Part shown: piece by piece, positions 37,681 through 47,060 of the stretch
Numbering within the stretch: the first letter of the stretch is position 1
Layout of the letters: every line of letters begins with the position of its first letter
Assembly (NCBI GenBank): GCA_024644045.1
Contig: JAHELT010000005.1
Location: 8,149 to 72,148 of the forward strand
Direction of reading: 5' to 3'
From: Chromatiales bacterium
GTDB taxonomy: Bacteria > Pseudomonadota > Gammaproteobacteria > JAHELT01
DNA length: 64,000 nucleotides
Position numbers and translations under genes: made by a program
Notes under the pieces: generated by a model
What the model was told of the DNA's origin: nothing
What the model saw: only the letters and a program-made list of their open reading frames with translations
Databases searched by the model: none

Positions 37681-38325
37681 GTGAGCCGCAAGAACAAGAC
37701 CATCGCCCAGCGCAGCGCGTCGCGCAGCCGAAAAGAGCTGTCGAGCATTGCCGCGCGTATCCGCTACGCGCGAGAGTTCAGGAACATGGAACCGCAGGCG
37801 CTGCGCGCGCGGCTGCAGGACATCGGCCTGTCGGTTTCCAAGCAGCTGCTGCACCGCTACGAAACGGTGGAGTCGCGCAATCCCAGCCTCAGCATCATCG
37901 ACGGCATCGCCGACGTCACGGGGTTCTCGCCCGGCTGGCTGCTGTTCGGCAAAGGCCAGGTGTTCACCGAGGACCCGTTCACCCAGATCGTGCGCGCGGT
38001 CAACCTCGAGTATCTGTACCGGCAGCCGAGGCAGGAACGCCCGGCGCCCGCCGCACTGAAGGCGGCCGGCGTCAGCGCAGAGACACTCGCCCAGGCCCGC
38101 GCGCGGCCGTTTATCGTCAGCATCGACGATCACTTTGCGCGCGCGGTGGAGCATGCCGCAGGCAAACCCGTGGGGTGGCTGGACGCGCCACCCGACACCC
38201 GCGGCAGACGCGGCCGGGCCAAACGCATGGTCGACACCCTGGAACTGATCGGCGAAGCACTGAAGCTCACCGAGCCTCAGCGCCGGGCGCTGACCGGCAT
38301 GCTGAAAACGCTGAATCCCGACTGA
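37681..38325 (+). CDS. HTH-domain DNA-binding protein (XRE-like)
   Basis: 214 aa with a central HTH (LQDIGLSVSKQLLHRYE). Weak family assignment. Confidence 0.5.
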   Translation: MSRKNKTIAQRSASRSRKELSSIAARIRYAREFRNMEPQALRARLQDIGLSVSKQLLHRYETVESRNPSLSIIDGIADVTGFSPGWLLFGKGQVFTEDPFTQIVRAVNLEYLYRQPRQERPAPAALKAAGVSAETLAQARARPFIVSIDDHFARAVEHAAGKPVGWLDAPPDTRGRRGRAKRMVDTLELIGEALKLTEPQRRALTGMLKTLNPD

Positions 38326-38360
38326 TTGGTCAACGTGGAATGGACAACGTACATTCCTGG

Positions 38361-38388
38361 TTGACTAATTCCCGATCGCTGCTAAACT
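38361..38388 (+). promoter_or_regulatory. Sigma70-like promoter (TTGACT - 16 nt - TAAACT)
   Basis: Consensus-like -35 TTGACT at 38361-38366 and -10 TAAACT at 38383-38388, in a non-coding stretch. Confidence 0.4.
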
Positions 38389-38395
38389 CGCCCGC

Positions 38396-38642
38396 ATGAT
38401 CAGTATGCCAACAGCCTTGCGCATTTCGCACGCACCTTCGGCGCGGCCCAGTCCGCTTGCGCTGCCTGCGTGGGCGACGATGTCGGTGCGTTTGGCGAAC
38501 GGCGATTGCTTTTCAGTCGCAGTGACCGAAGAGGATCCAGTGACCTAGGCACTTCCGCATACAACCGGAAGGCGCCAACGCGAACCTTCCGGAACATCAG
38601 GCTGAAAGCCCCGGCTGGTTCGTCCAACCGGGGCTTTTTTTT
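38396..38642 (+). ncRNA. Candidate small RNA (~245 nt) bounded by promoter and intrinsic terminator, upstream of a DUF1127 gene
   Basis: Predicted TSS ~7 nt after the -10. Internal stem-loops (GGAAGG...CCTTCC). Ends at a GC-rich hairpin plus T8. The only internal ORF is 50 aa with no RBS. Confidence 0.3.
38606..38642 (+). terminator. Rho-independent terminator
   Basis: AAGCCCCGG-ctggttcgtccaa-CCGGGGCTT followed by TTTTTTTT. Confidence 0.65.
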
Positions 38643-38905
38643 GGACCTTCCGGTTGCAAGACGCGCTTTCAGATTTGAATCGCGTTTTCGGCGTGTGCGC
38701 CACCACGCACACGCCCACTTGCGGGGCAGTTCGCATCATCGGGATGGGATGCGCGGGCTACACGTCGGCGTGCGTCACCGGGACGTGACGCCTGCCCCGA
38801 TTGTTTTCCGCGGGTGAGATGCGGCCCTGCGCGCCGTCACCGGCGTTGTAAGCGCATGAAACCGTTGCAAACGGACCTGTTCAACTACAGCAAGGAGCCG
38901 GGCTT

Positions 38906-39154
38906 ATGATCTATTCAATCATCGGGAGGCGGACGGTCGCTGCGCGGGATGCACCGAGGTTGATTGGCAACCTCGGGCGCGCACTCACCAACGTGTTCAA
39001 CGAGCGCCGAACAATACGCTCACAGCGAAGCATTGCGCGTGCGCTGAGCGCGCTGAGCGACCGCACGCTGAACGACATCGGTATACCGCGCGGCATGATA
39101 CAGGCGGCTGCGTGTGCCATTGCGCGCGCCCACAACGAAGATCGGCAAGCCTAG
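38906..39154 (+). CDS. DUF1127-domain small protein
   Basis: 82 aa with LSALSDRTLNDIGIPRGMI, the DUF1127 core. Confidence 0.6.
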   Translation: MIYSIIGRRTVAARDAPRLIGNLGRALTNVFNERRTIRSQRSIARALSALSDRTLNDIGIPRGMIQAAACAIARAHNEDRQA

Positions 39155-39275
39155 CAGTTTGACGGCGGGGCGACCCGCCGTTGCTTTTTCGCGCGGCGTT
39201 CGCACGCGCCGGCCACCGAGTCAATTGCCGAAGGCAACGACCGCGCCTCTGAACCGCATCGCTGCGGTTTCGATT

Positions 39276-40067
39276 TCAGGCCGCCTGCTCGGCGGCGAGT
39301 ACACGCAGGCAGTCGTCGTCCAGCGGCTCGATCGGTGTAAAATCACGGTGCGCAATCCATTCCGCACGCTTGAAGCGGCGAATATGATTACTCACCTCAC
39401 ACAGGCTCAGGTACACGATAGTACGCGGCCAGGGGCTGATGTTGGGTGGGCTGGCGTGCACCAGATTGCTGTGAAACAGCAGCACACCGCCGGGTTCGCC
39501 GACCGGCGCGACGATGCCGCCGCGCTCGGCGAGTGCAGTGATCGTCGCACGGTCGAGCGTCCACAAAGGATAGCTGGTCGTTTCGAGGTCGTGACCGGCA
39601 GGCAGCACGCCGGACACGTGACTGCCGGGGATGAACAGCAGCGGCCCGTTGTAGGCGGCCACCTCATCGACGAACACGGCGATGTTCATCGCGCGCGGCT
39701 CCGGCATGTCGTCATCGCGGTTCCAGGTGCCGAAATCCTGGTGCCATTGCCACACGGCGCCGTCGAAAGCGGCCTTCGCGTTGACCTTGTACTGGTGGAT
39801 GTACACCTGCCCGTCCAGCAGCTGCATGACGGGTTCGATCAGCCGCGGATGTGCGCCCAGGCGACGGAACGCCTCGTCGTAGGTGTGGGCCGCGAAAGCG
39901 GTGCGCGGCGCCCCGTTCTCTTCGCGCCACACCTCTTCACGATCGAGCGCGTAAACCCGCTCGGCGGCGCTGTGCAGCAACGCCACTTCCGCGGCGTCGA
40001 AAACACCGGGCAGAAACAGGTACCCGCTCTGTTCGAACTTTCGAATCTGCGAGGCATCGAGTCGCAT
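39276..40067 (-). CDS. Phytanoyl-CoA dioxygenase (PhyH) family Fe(II)/2-oxoglutarate dioxygenase, ectoine-hydroxylase-like
   Basis: WQWHQDFGTWNRDDDMPEP resembles the EctD signature F-x-WHSDFETWH-x-EDG-MP. 263 aa. Confidence 0.75.
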   Translation of the reverse strand: MRLDASQIRKFEQSGYLFLPGVFDAAEVALLHSAAERVYALDREEVWREENGAPRTAFAAHTYDEAFRRLGAHPRLIEPVMQLLDGQVYIHQYKVNAKAAFDGAVWQWHQDFGTWNRDDDMPEPRAMNIAVFVDEVAAYNGPLLFIPGSHVSGVLPAGHDLETTSYPLWTLDRATITALAERGGIVAPVGEPGGVLLFHSNLVHASPPNISPWPRTIVYLSLCEVSNHIRRFKRAEWIAHRDFTPIEPLDDDCLRVLAAEQAA

Positions 40068-40182
40068 GACCGTCCCCCTGGCTGAGTTCCCGCTGTCTTG
40101 CTCCAGGCCCGGAGATTAGCATGCTGCGCCGCTCAGCGGCCATCGCCCCACCCTGCTATCCCCAGCACGGTGTCGACAGAAT

Positions 40183-40491
40183 TCAGACGACGGACAATAC
40201 GTTTTCGGCGAACTCGAGCGTGCGGCCGTCGAGATTTCTTACTTGCTCCGGCTGCGGAAAGAGCACGGTGTATTGCTCGAGCCGCGCTGTCACAACCTTA
40301 CTGGGTGTGCCCGGAAACTTACGCGGCAGGACACCGGCGATCCATCCTTTCTCGGACAGCACCAGCACCAGCACGTCGTCTTCCGGGTTCATCTCCGCCT
40401 TCAGATAGCGCCAGGCGCTGCTGCGTACGGTAACCGCCACGCGCGGTGATTCGACGATTGCATGAACACCCGTACTCTCGCTCGCTGACAT
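40183..40491 (-). CDS. Hypothetical protein (102 aa)
   Basis: Intact ORF with no motif recognised. Weak call. Confidence 0.3.
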   Translation of the reverse strand: MSASESTGVHAIVESPRVAVTVRSSAWRYLKAEMNPEDDVLVLVLSEKGWIAGVLPRKFPGTPSKVVTARLEQYTVLFPQPEQVRNLDGRTLEFAENVLSVV

Positions 40492-40810
40492 AACCGCTAT
40501 CCGGACCTGACGCTGTAGGGGCCATGATTAAGCAAGAAACAGCCCATTAACGCCTGGGCGCTCACAATTCTCGAGGAAAGTCCCACTCGGTAGATCGCCG
40601 GTAGTCGCGGCGCGGCGCAGCCCCGTTGTAGAAGGATATCGGACCACAGCGCATTGACCCGCTCACGCGCCTGCACGTCACGGAAGTGCATATCGGATTG
40701 CGGCCGCGGCACGTGTGCGAAGTTACGGGGCAGTCCTTACCGCGCGCCAACTGCACAAAGCTCGTGCCCCGTGTCTGGCGGACGTGAGGTTGCCGCCGGC
40801 GAAAGCGTCA

Positions 40811-41305
40811 TCATCGCCGGACGTCGGAATCCACCTCCACCGCTTCCGCAACTTTGACCGGTTCGGGCTTCACGGGCGCCTCGCGCGTCTCGGTGACAGG
40901 CGGGGTGTCCGACTGCGCCAGGCGCTCGTCCAGGTTGATATCGACCTCGGCGCCCGGCGTGCGCGGCGGCACCGTAATGGCTTCGGCATCGTCCAGCGTT
41001 TCGGGCAGCATCTGGTCGGGCAGCTCGATGGGCGGCAGCCGCTTGGCGCCACGGGCAAGACCGGTCGCCCCCTGCGCCAGGTGGTCGTGCAGGTTGCGAT
41101 ACTTCTCGGTCACTTCCTGAAACAGGTCGGCCGTCCGTTCGAAGTGCTGGTCAACCTGCTCGCGGTAGTTCTCGGCCTCGGTTTCGAGCTCGGCCAGCTT
41201 GCTCTGCAGCCCCTGCCCACCGAGAAGCCGGTGCCGCAGCAGATACATCACCAGGGCGCCCACTGCGGCGCCCGCAACGAAAACAGCGGCCATGTTCCAG
41301 TCCAT
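40811..41305 (-). CDS. YhcB/ZapG (DUF1043) family inner-membrane protein
   Basis: N-terminal TM (AAVFVAGAAVGALVMYLL) then coiled-coil LQSKLAELETEAENYREQVDQHFERTADLF, as in YhcB. Confidence 0.7.
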   Translation of the reverse strand: MDWNMAAVFVAGAAVGALVMYLLRHRLLGGQGLQSKLAELETEAENYREQVDQHFERTADLFQEVTEKYRNLHDHLAQGATGLARGAKRLPPIELPDQMLPETLDDAEAITVPPRTPGAEVDINLDERLAQSDTPPVTETREAPVKPEPVKVAEAVEVDSDVRR

Positions 41306-41337
41306 CCTTCCGTACCCTCCTCTCGCCGGGGCGTGAC

Positions 41338-41946
41338 TCAGTTGATCGTAACGACGAAGTTCGGTTGCGCGTACTCGATACCGGCGCGGGGTTTGAGCGC
41401 GTTGATGACGTTCAACGTCGTCGCCTGCAGATCGATCCGCAGCTCTATCTCCGGCGGTGCCGGGCGCGCGGCAACGACATAGTGGCGGTGCGACAGCCGA
41501 GTCGCAAGCAGGTTCTGCACGTAGGTCCCTTCGGCATCCGCCTGCGCGCCCTGCGCCAGATCGCTGCCGGGGACCGGCTCGATCACCAGGCGGTCGCGCC
41601 AGTACCGCTGCGCGCCGCCGACGCGATCGACGGCGACGCGCTTCACCCCCGGGGCCTCGCGCAGGCGGCCCGCCGCCTGCTCCAGCACCGCGCTGCGCTC
41701 GATCTCCAGGATCGCCTCGCGTCCGGCTGTTATCCCGCGCACGAACAGCGGCACATCGAGCGCCGCTGCCAGGGTCTGCACGTACGCGTCCAGTGCGGCG
41801 GATCCCGTTTCACCGCTGGCATGCAGCCGCGTGATTTCACTGTCGGCCGCGCCGCCGGCGGCGAACTTCACCAGCATCTGCCCGGCCGCCAGCGGTTCCT
41901 GGTCGGCCGGCGCGGCGGCGCCTGCCCAAAGCGGGGCACAAACCAT
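41338..41946 (-). CDS. Secreted protein resembling the N-terminal propeptide (I9-like) region of the adjacent S8 protease
   Basis: Ends ...AGIEYAQPNFVVTIN, mirroring the protease's ...ADVEYAQPNFLVNIV boundary, and also shares the VKF/VKY segment. Start is uncertain; the track ORF begins at 42105 and overlaps the protease 3' end. Confidence 0.45.
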   Translation of the reverse strand: MVCAPLWAGAAAPADQEPLAAGQMLVKFAAGGAADSEITRLHASGETGSAALDAYVQTLAAALDVPLFVRGITAGREAILEIERSAVLEQAAGRLREAPGVKRVAVDRVGGAQRYWRDRLVIEPVPGSDLAQGAQADAEGTYVQNLLATRLSHRHYVVAARPAPPEIELRIDLQATTLNVINALKPRAGIEYAQPNFVVTIN

Positions 41947-42026
41947 CCACACGCACAGCAGCCCGGCCGCCCGGGTGGGCGAACCCGCGGTGCCCGCGAC
42001 CGGGCGCGGCCTGAGAACCCAGCCTT

Positions 42027-43895
42027 TCAGCGAGCGCCCCACGACCGGGCCAACCGGTTGCGCCGGTAGAGCGCCAGCGCGAACAGCGCCACCAACGCGT
42101 ACCACCCGAACGCCGAAGCCACCTCCACCTGCACCCGCGCCGGTGCCGTCTGCGACTGTCCGGGAATCCGCACCACGATCTCGGTATTGCCTTCCTGCAG
42201 GCCGTTGACCGTGGTCTGCGAACGGCCCGCCGAGTCGGTCACGCCGCTGCCCGGATTGACGGTCGCCACGTTCGTGGCGGCGCTTGTATAACTGACCGCC
42301 TCATCCGCGAGACCCGCGCCGCCCTGGGTCACAGTCACCGTGATCACCGCGCTGTCGCCCTCGTCGAGCTCGAGCGAACCCGGCTCGACGCTCAGCAGCA
42401 CAGGCTGCGGTTGCGGCGGCTCGGGCGGCTCCGGTGGTTCGGGCACGACCCGGATGTCGGCATTCAGCAGCCCTGCACCGCAGTCTCTGGAGCACTGCTG
42501 TGACGAACGGGGGATGGCGTTGTCTACAATCAGCTGGCTCACCTGCTGCGGCGTCAGGCTGGCGTCCTGGGCGAGCAGCAGGGCGGCGACGCCGGCCACG
42601 TGCGGGCTGGCCATGGAGGTGCCGTTGAAAAAGGCAAAGCCGCCCTGCACCATGCTCAGCACGCCGTCGGGATTACCGTCGTTGTTGTCGTCGCGCTGGG
42701 TGTCGCCGCCGGGCGCCATGATTTCGACCGTGCTGCCGAAGTTGGAGTAGCGGCGCACGAGATGACCGCGGAAATCGCTGGCCGCAACGGTGATCACACC
42801 GTCGCAGCTCGCCGGCAACGAGTTGGCCGCGTCGGATGCATCGTTGCCGGCCGCAACCACCACCGTGACGCCGGCCGCGACCGCATCGTTGATTGCGGCC
42901 TGGGTCGATGGCGACGCACTGCACGGGGCGCCGGCACCCAGGCTCATGTTGATGACCCGCGCCGGATTGGGGTTGGCCGGCACACCCGGGACGGACAGAC
43001 CGGCCGCCCAGCGGATACCGTCGTTGATATCGCTGATACTGCCGCCGCACTTTCCGAGCACGCGCACCGCCTGCACACGACCGTTCCAGCTCACGCCGGC
43101 GACCCCGCTGGCGTTGTCGGTGCGGCCCACGCCGACCGTACCCGCGACGTGCGTCCCGTGCCAGCTGGAGTCCTGCGGCCGGCTGCCGGGGAAGCATTCG
43201 CCCGCCGCGATCGCGTCGCCCGGATCGGTCGGATCGCCGTCCCGGCCGTCGCCGTCGTTGGCGGTGAACGCGCTCGATATCATGTCGAACCCGCTCGCGA
43301 GATTCGGCGTGCCCACGATATCAGGATGATTCGGCAGAATACCGGTGTCCAGCACGGCGACGACGATCGCCGGATCGCCTGTCGTGATGTCCCAGGCCGC
43401 TGGCAGGTTGATCCCGCCGGGGGACTGCAGGTTGCCGCTGCCGTTGGTCTGGTAGTGCCACTGCACCGGGTAACCTGGATCGTTCGGCTCGCGCACGATG
43501 TTCACCAGGAAGTTGGGCTGCGCATACTCGACGTCTGCGCGCGCGCTCATTTCGCTCACCGCGTCGAGCACCGCGCTGTTCGCCTGCTGCGCGGTCATGG
43601 CGCTGATTGTGGCCGGCGGCAGGCGATAGATGTACTCGCCGCCCGAGGTCTGGGTGACGTGGCCCTCGAGTCCCTGGGCGCGTATCCGCGCCTCCGCCTC
43701 CGCGGTCTGCTGCCGGTACTTGACGATGACCTGGCCGGGCACGAAGCGCAGCGTCCCACCGCTGTTGAGCAGGGCCTGGCGCTCGGTGTCGGTCATCGGG
43801 ACGATGTCCAGGCCGGGCTGCTGCGCGAGTGCACAGGGCGCCCCGGCGATACTCAGCGCGACGGCAACGCGGCGCAGTAGCTTCGAATTCTGCAT
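42027..43895 (-). CDS. Secreted S8-family (subtilisin-like) serine peptidase with C-terminal Ig-like region and hydrophobic + basic C-terminal tail
   Basis: Signal peptide MQNSKLLRRVAVALSIAGAPCALA and RBS GGAGA. Catalytic triad regions are VAVLDTGI (Asp), HGTHVAGTV (His) and GTSMASPHVAG (Ser). C-terminus is ...SAFGWYALVALFALALYRRNRLARS, resembling a GlyGly-CTERM/PEP-CTERM-type sorting tail. Confidence 0.9.
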   Translation of the reverse strand: MQNSKLLRRVAVALSIAGAPCALAQQPGLDIVPMTDTERQALLNSGGTLRFVPGQVIVKYRQQTAEAEARIRAQGLEGHVTQTSGGEYIYRLPPATISAMTAQQANSAVLDAVSEMSARADVEYAQPNFLVNIVREPNDPGYPVQWHYQTNGSGNLQSPGGINLPAAWDITTGDPAIVVAVLDTGILPNHPDIVGTPNLASGFDMISSAFTANDGDGRDGDPTDPGDAIAAGECFPGSRPQDSSWHGTHVAGTVGVGRTDNASGVAGVSWNGRVQAVRVLGKCGGSISDINDGIRWAAGLSVPGVPANPNPARVINMSLGAGAPCSASPSTQAAINDAVAAGVTVVVAAGNDASDAANSLPASCDGVITVAASDFRGHLVRRYSNFGSTVEIMAPGGDTQRDDNNDGNPDGVLSMVQGGFAFFNGTSMASPHVAGVAALLLAQDASLTPQQVSQLIVDNAIPRSSQQCSRDCGAGLLNADIRVVPEPPEPPEPPQPQPVLLSVEPGSLELDEGDSAVITVTVTQGGAGLADEAVSYTSAATNVATVNPGSGVTDSAGRSQTTVNGLQEGNTEIVVRIPGQSQTAPARVQVEVASAFGWYALVALFALALYRRNRLARSWGAR

Positions 43896-44109
43896 AGTGA
43901 CTCTCCGTGTTCGATTCGGGGCAGGCGCACGCCGCCACGCGCGGCGGTTGCCGGGCACGCGGGTGCGCCATTGCGGGTTGTGGACTTTCGGTTACAGTAG
44001 CTCTGGTGGTACGCCGATACTAATACCGGAACCCGGAAAAGCAAACCCGGACACAGTGTGACAGGTGTTAATTCCCACATACTTGTCCCGCTCATCGGGT
44101 CAATTGATC

Positions 44110-45588
44110 ATGTATGACAGCAAAGACCTAGTACTGCTCATCAAATCCCGTGTGCCGCTGATCGTGATCGAGACGCGCGACGAGCGGCGTGCGCTCAACC
44201 TCCTGATCGAGAACACCGTGCAGCTGCGGGACTACCACGCGGTGCACAAATGGTCGATCACCGAGGGCCTGCAGCGCATCGACATCGCGCTCGAGCCGCA
44301 ACGGTTCAACGCCGACCCGGCCGAGGCGCTGCGTCATATTCTGTCCGTGGAGCGCCCCGGCATCTACGTGCTGCTGGACTTTCATCCGTACCTGAAAGAT
44401 CCCATGCACGTGCGCCTGATCAAGGACCTGTGCCTGCGCCAGGACCCGCCCCGCACGCTCATTCTGCTCAGTCACAGCATCGAGGTGCCGGCCGAGCTCG
44501 AGCACTTCAGCGCACGCTTCGAGTTGTCCCTGCCGGACGAAACCGAGCGCGAGCGGATCGTGCGCGAAGTGGCCGCGGAATGGGTCAAGGACGGCGGCAA
44601 GACGGTGAAAACCGATGCCTCGGCCTTCGAACGCCTGATCAGCAACCTTGCGGGCCTGACCGCACCCGATACGCGGCGCCTCGCACGCAACGCCATCTAC
44701 AACGACGGTGCGATTTCGCACAACGACGTGGAGCGCGTGATGCGCGCCAAGCATGAGCTGCTGAACCGCAACGGCCTGCTCGCCTACGAGTACGAAACCG
44801 CGCAGTTCAGCGAAGTCGGGGGCCTGCGCCGGTTGAAACACTGGCTGGAGACGCGCCGTCAGGCGTTTCTGGACGACAGCCGGACGACCCGGCTGGACCC
44901 GCCCGACGGTCTGCTGCTGATCGGCGTTCAGGGATGCGGCAAGAGTCTGTCCGCCAAGGCGACGGCCGGCATTCTCGGCATACCGCTGGTGCGCCTGGAC
45001 TTCGGCTCGCTGTACGACAAGTATCACGGTGAATCGGAGCGCCGCCTGCGCAACGCGCTGGAGACCGCCGAGGTGGTTGCGCCCTGTGTGCTGTGGATCG
45101 ACGAGATCGAGAAGGGCATCGCCAGCAGCGACACGGACGGCGGCACCTCACGGCGGTTGCTCGGCTACTTTCTGACCTGGCTGGCGGAGAAGCAGGCGCG
45201 GGTGTTCGTCGTGGCAACCGCCAACGACATTTCGTCGCTGCCGCCGGAGCTGATCCGCAAGGGTCGGTTCGACGAGATATTCTTCGTCGATCTGCCCGGA
45301 CACGCGGTACGCCAGGATATCTTCGCGGTGCACCTGCGCAAACGCGGCATCGACCCTCAGCGCTTCGACCTCGGCCAGCTCGCGGAGGCCAGCCGGGGGT
45401 TCTCGGGCGCCGAGATCGAGCAGGCGGTGGTCGCCGCCCTGTACCGCGCCCATGCCGAGGGGGGCGAGATGACCGGCGCGCACGTGCTGGAGGAACTCCG
45501 GAACACCAGCCCGTTGTCGGTGGTTATGGCGGAACAGCTTCAGGCGCTGCGCGACTGGGCGAGCGAGCGCGCGGTGAGCGCCGATTGA
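44110..45588 (+). CDS. AAA+ ATPase (classic FtsH/Cdc48-type AAA module) with ~230-aa uncharacterised N-terminal domain
   Basis: Walker A GVQGCGKS and Walker [10 protein letters not shown]. Second region of homology (SRH) is [26 protein letters not shown]. Start taken at MYDSKDL; an alternative GTG lies at 44065. Confidence 0.8.
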   Translation: MYDSKDLVLLIKSRVPLIVIETRDERRALNLLIENTVQLRDYHAVHKWSITEGLQRIDIALEPQRFNADPAEALRHILSVERPGIYVLLDFHPYLKDPMHVRLIKDLCLRQDPPRTLILLSHSIEVPAELEHFSARFELSLPDETERERIVREVAAEWVKDGGKTVKTDASAFERLISNLAGLTAPDTRRLARNAIYNDGAISHNDVERVMRAKHELLNRNGLLAYEYETAQFSEVGGLRRLKHWLETRRQAFLDDSRTTRLDPPDGLLLIGVQGCGKSLSAKATAGILGIPLVRLDFGSLYDKYHGESERRLRNALETAEVVAPCVLWIDEIEKGIASSDTDGGTSRRLLGYFLTWLAEKQARVFVVATANDISSLPPELIRKGRFDEIFFVDLPGHAVRQDIFAVHLRKRGIDPQRFDLGQLAEASRGFSGAEIEQAVVAALYRAHAEGGEMTGAHVLEELRNTSPLSVVMAEQLQALRDWASERAVSAD

Positions 45589-45589
45589 G

Positions 45590-45994
45590 TCAGGCGTCGC
45601 GGCGCCGCGGCTGCCTCAGGCACAGGGCCAGGGGTATCAGCGCCAACGCCAGCACCGCGGTTGCCAGGTACGCGTTCACGTAACCGATCATGAGCGCCTG
45701 GCGACCGATCTCGGCGTCGATCGCCGCGAGGCCTTTCAGACTGGACAGATCCCAAAGCTGCGCGTACTCACGATAACGCAGCAGCTCGAGTGCCGGCAGC
45801 ACGCGGGTGGCGAGTTCCTCATGGCTGATCTGCGTCGTGTGAGTCAACAGCGCCACCCCAGCCAGTGCTTCGCCGAGGCCGCCCGGCAGCGCAGTCCGAT
45901 CGACGCCGCTCACGCACGTACGATCCGTGTGCGCAGCGCCATCGGTCTCCCAGACGAGCGCACACTCCAGATTTTCGGCGTGCGCGGTGAGCAT
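45590..45994 (-). CDS. Hypothetical protein with C-terminal TM helix
   Basis: 134-aa ORF. Weak call. Confidence 0.3.
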   Translation of the reverse strand: MLTAHAENLECALVWETDGAAHTDRTCVSGVDRTALPGGLGEALAGVALLTHTTQISHEELATRVLPALELLRYREYAQLWDLSSLKGLAAIDAEIGRQALMIGYVNAYLATAVLALALIPLALCLRQPRRRDA

Positions 45995-46081
45995 TCGGCA
46001 CCTCGGGGCCGGCGCGGCGAACGGCGCGACGCGCGCAAATACCCCTGATGACCTCCCGCCCTCCCGCCGCGCGGCCCGGGC

Positions 46082-47008
46082 TTACGATTGCCCGTGCAGC
46101 AGGTGCAGCAGAATGGCTTTCTGCGCGTCCAGGCGGTTCTCCGCCTGATCGTAGATAATCGAGTTGGGGCTCTCGACCAGATCCTCGGCGATCTCGTAAC
46201 CGTGATGGATAGGCATGTCGTGCATGATCATCGCGCGGCTGTCGCCGAGCAACTCCCGGTTGAGCTGATAGGGCAGCATGATCGCGCAGCGCTTTTCCTT
46301 TTCCTCCCGCTGTGCGGGGTCGTTGAAGAACTCCATGTCCAGCCAGGTGTCCGTGTACACGTAGTCCGCATCGGCCACCGCCGCCCTGGCATCCAGCGTT
46401 TCGGTGAGCAGGCCCTCCGCCAGCAATCGTTCACGGCTCTCGGCATCGATCACCGACGCGTCACGTATCGGGCACACCAGCGTGAGATGCACACCAAGCG
46501 GTGCGCAGATCGACACCAGCGAGTTGACGACGTTGTTGTAGACGCCGATGTAGGTCAGGCGTGCGCCGTGCGTGCCCTGCGCCCGGTGCTCGGCAATAGT
46601 CAGCATGTCGGCCAGTGCCTGGCACGGGTGATACAGGTTGCAGCACCCGTTGATCACCGGTACGGAGGCAGCCTTCTCCATTTCCAGCAGGTCCGCGTTG
46701 TCCTTGAGGCGCGCCATGATCATCGCGGCGTTGCGGCACAGGTAGCGGGTCTCGAAGGCGATCTTGCTGAGGGTGAAGTTTGTGGCCCGCCAGTCGAGGT
46801 TGATGGCATGGCCGCCGAGTTCGACCATGCCGGCCTCGAACGAGACCCGCGTGCGCGTCGAGGTCTTCTGAAACAGCATGACCAGAGTGCGCCCCTGCAT
46901 GTGCCCCTGATACTCCCAGCGATGGTGCTTGACGAAGCGGGCGAGCGCCAGAATCGCCTCGATATCGCCGTCCTGCCAGTATTTCCAGTCGATAAGGTGT
47001 TTGGCCAT
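46082..47008 (-). CDS. Ornithine/aspartate carbamoyltransferase-family enzyme (OTCase-like; possibly putrescine or other carbamoyltransferase)
   Basis: STRTR carbamoyl-phosphate motif (FQKTSTRTRVSFE) and HPCQALAD motif; 308 aa. Confidence 0.8.
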   Translation of the reverse strand: MAKHLIDWKYWQDGDIEAILALARFVKHHRWEYQGHMQGRTLVMLFQKTSTRTRVSFEAGMVELGGHAINLDWRATNFTLSKIAFETRYLCRNAAMIMARLKDNADLLEMEKAASVPVINGCCNLYHPCQALADMLTIAEHRAQGTHGARLTYIGVYNNVVNSLVSICAPLGVHLTLVCPIRDASVIDAESRERLLAEGLLTETLDARAAVADADYVYTDTWLDMEFFNDPAQREEKEKRCAIMLPYQLNRELLGDSRAMIMHDMPIHHGYEIAEDLVESPNSIIYDQAENRLDAQKAILLHLLHGQS

Positions 47009-47060
47009 GGCGCTCAGTATACTTGCCGCCGACGGTGAGGTGCGGCCGCCACGGGGGCTG

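Noticed and set aside
38397-38549. 50-aa ORF (MISMPTALRISHAPSARPSPLALPAWATMSVRLANGDCFSVAVTEEDPVT) inside the candidate sRNA
   Set aside because: No RBS and Ala/Pro/Ser-rich composition typical of a random GC-rich frame. Kept only as a caveat to the sRNA call.
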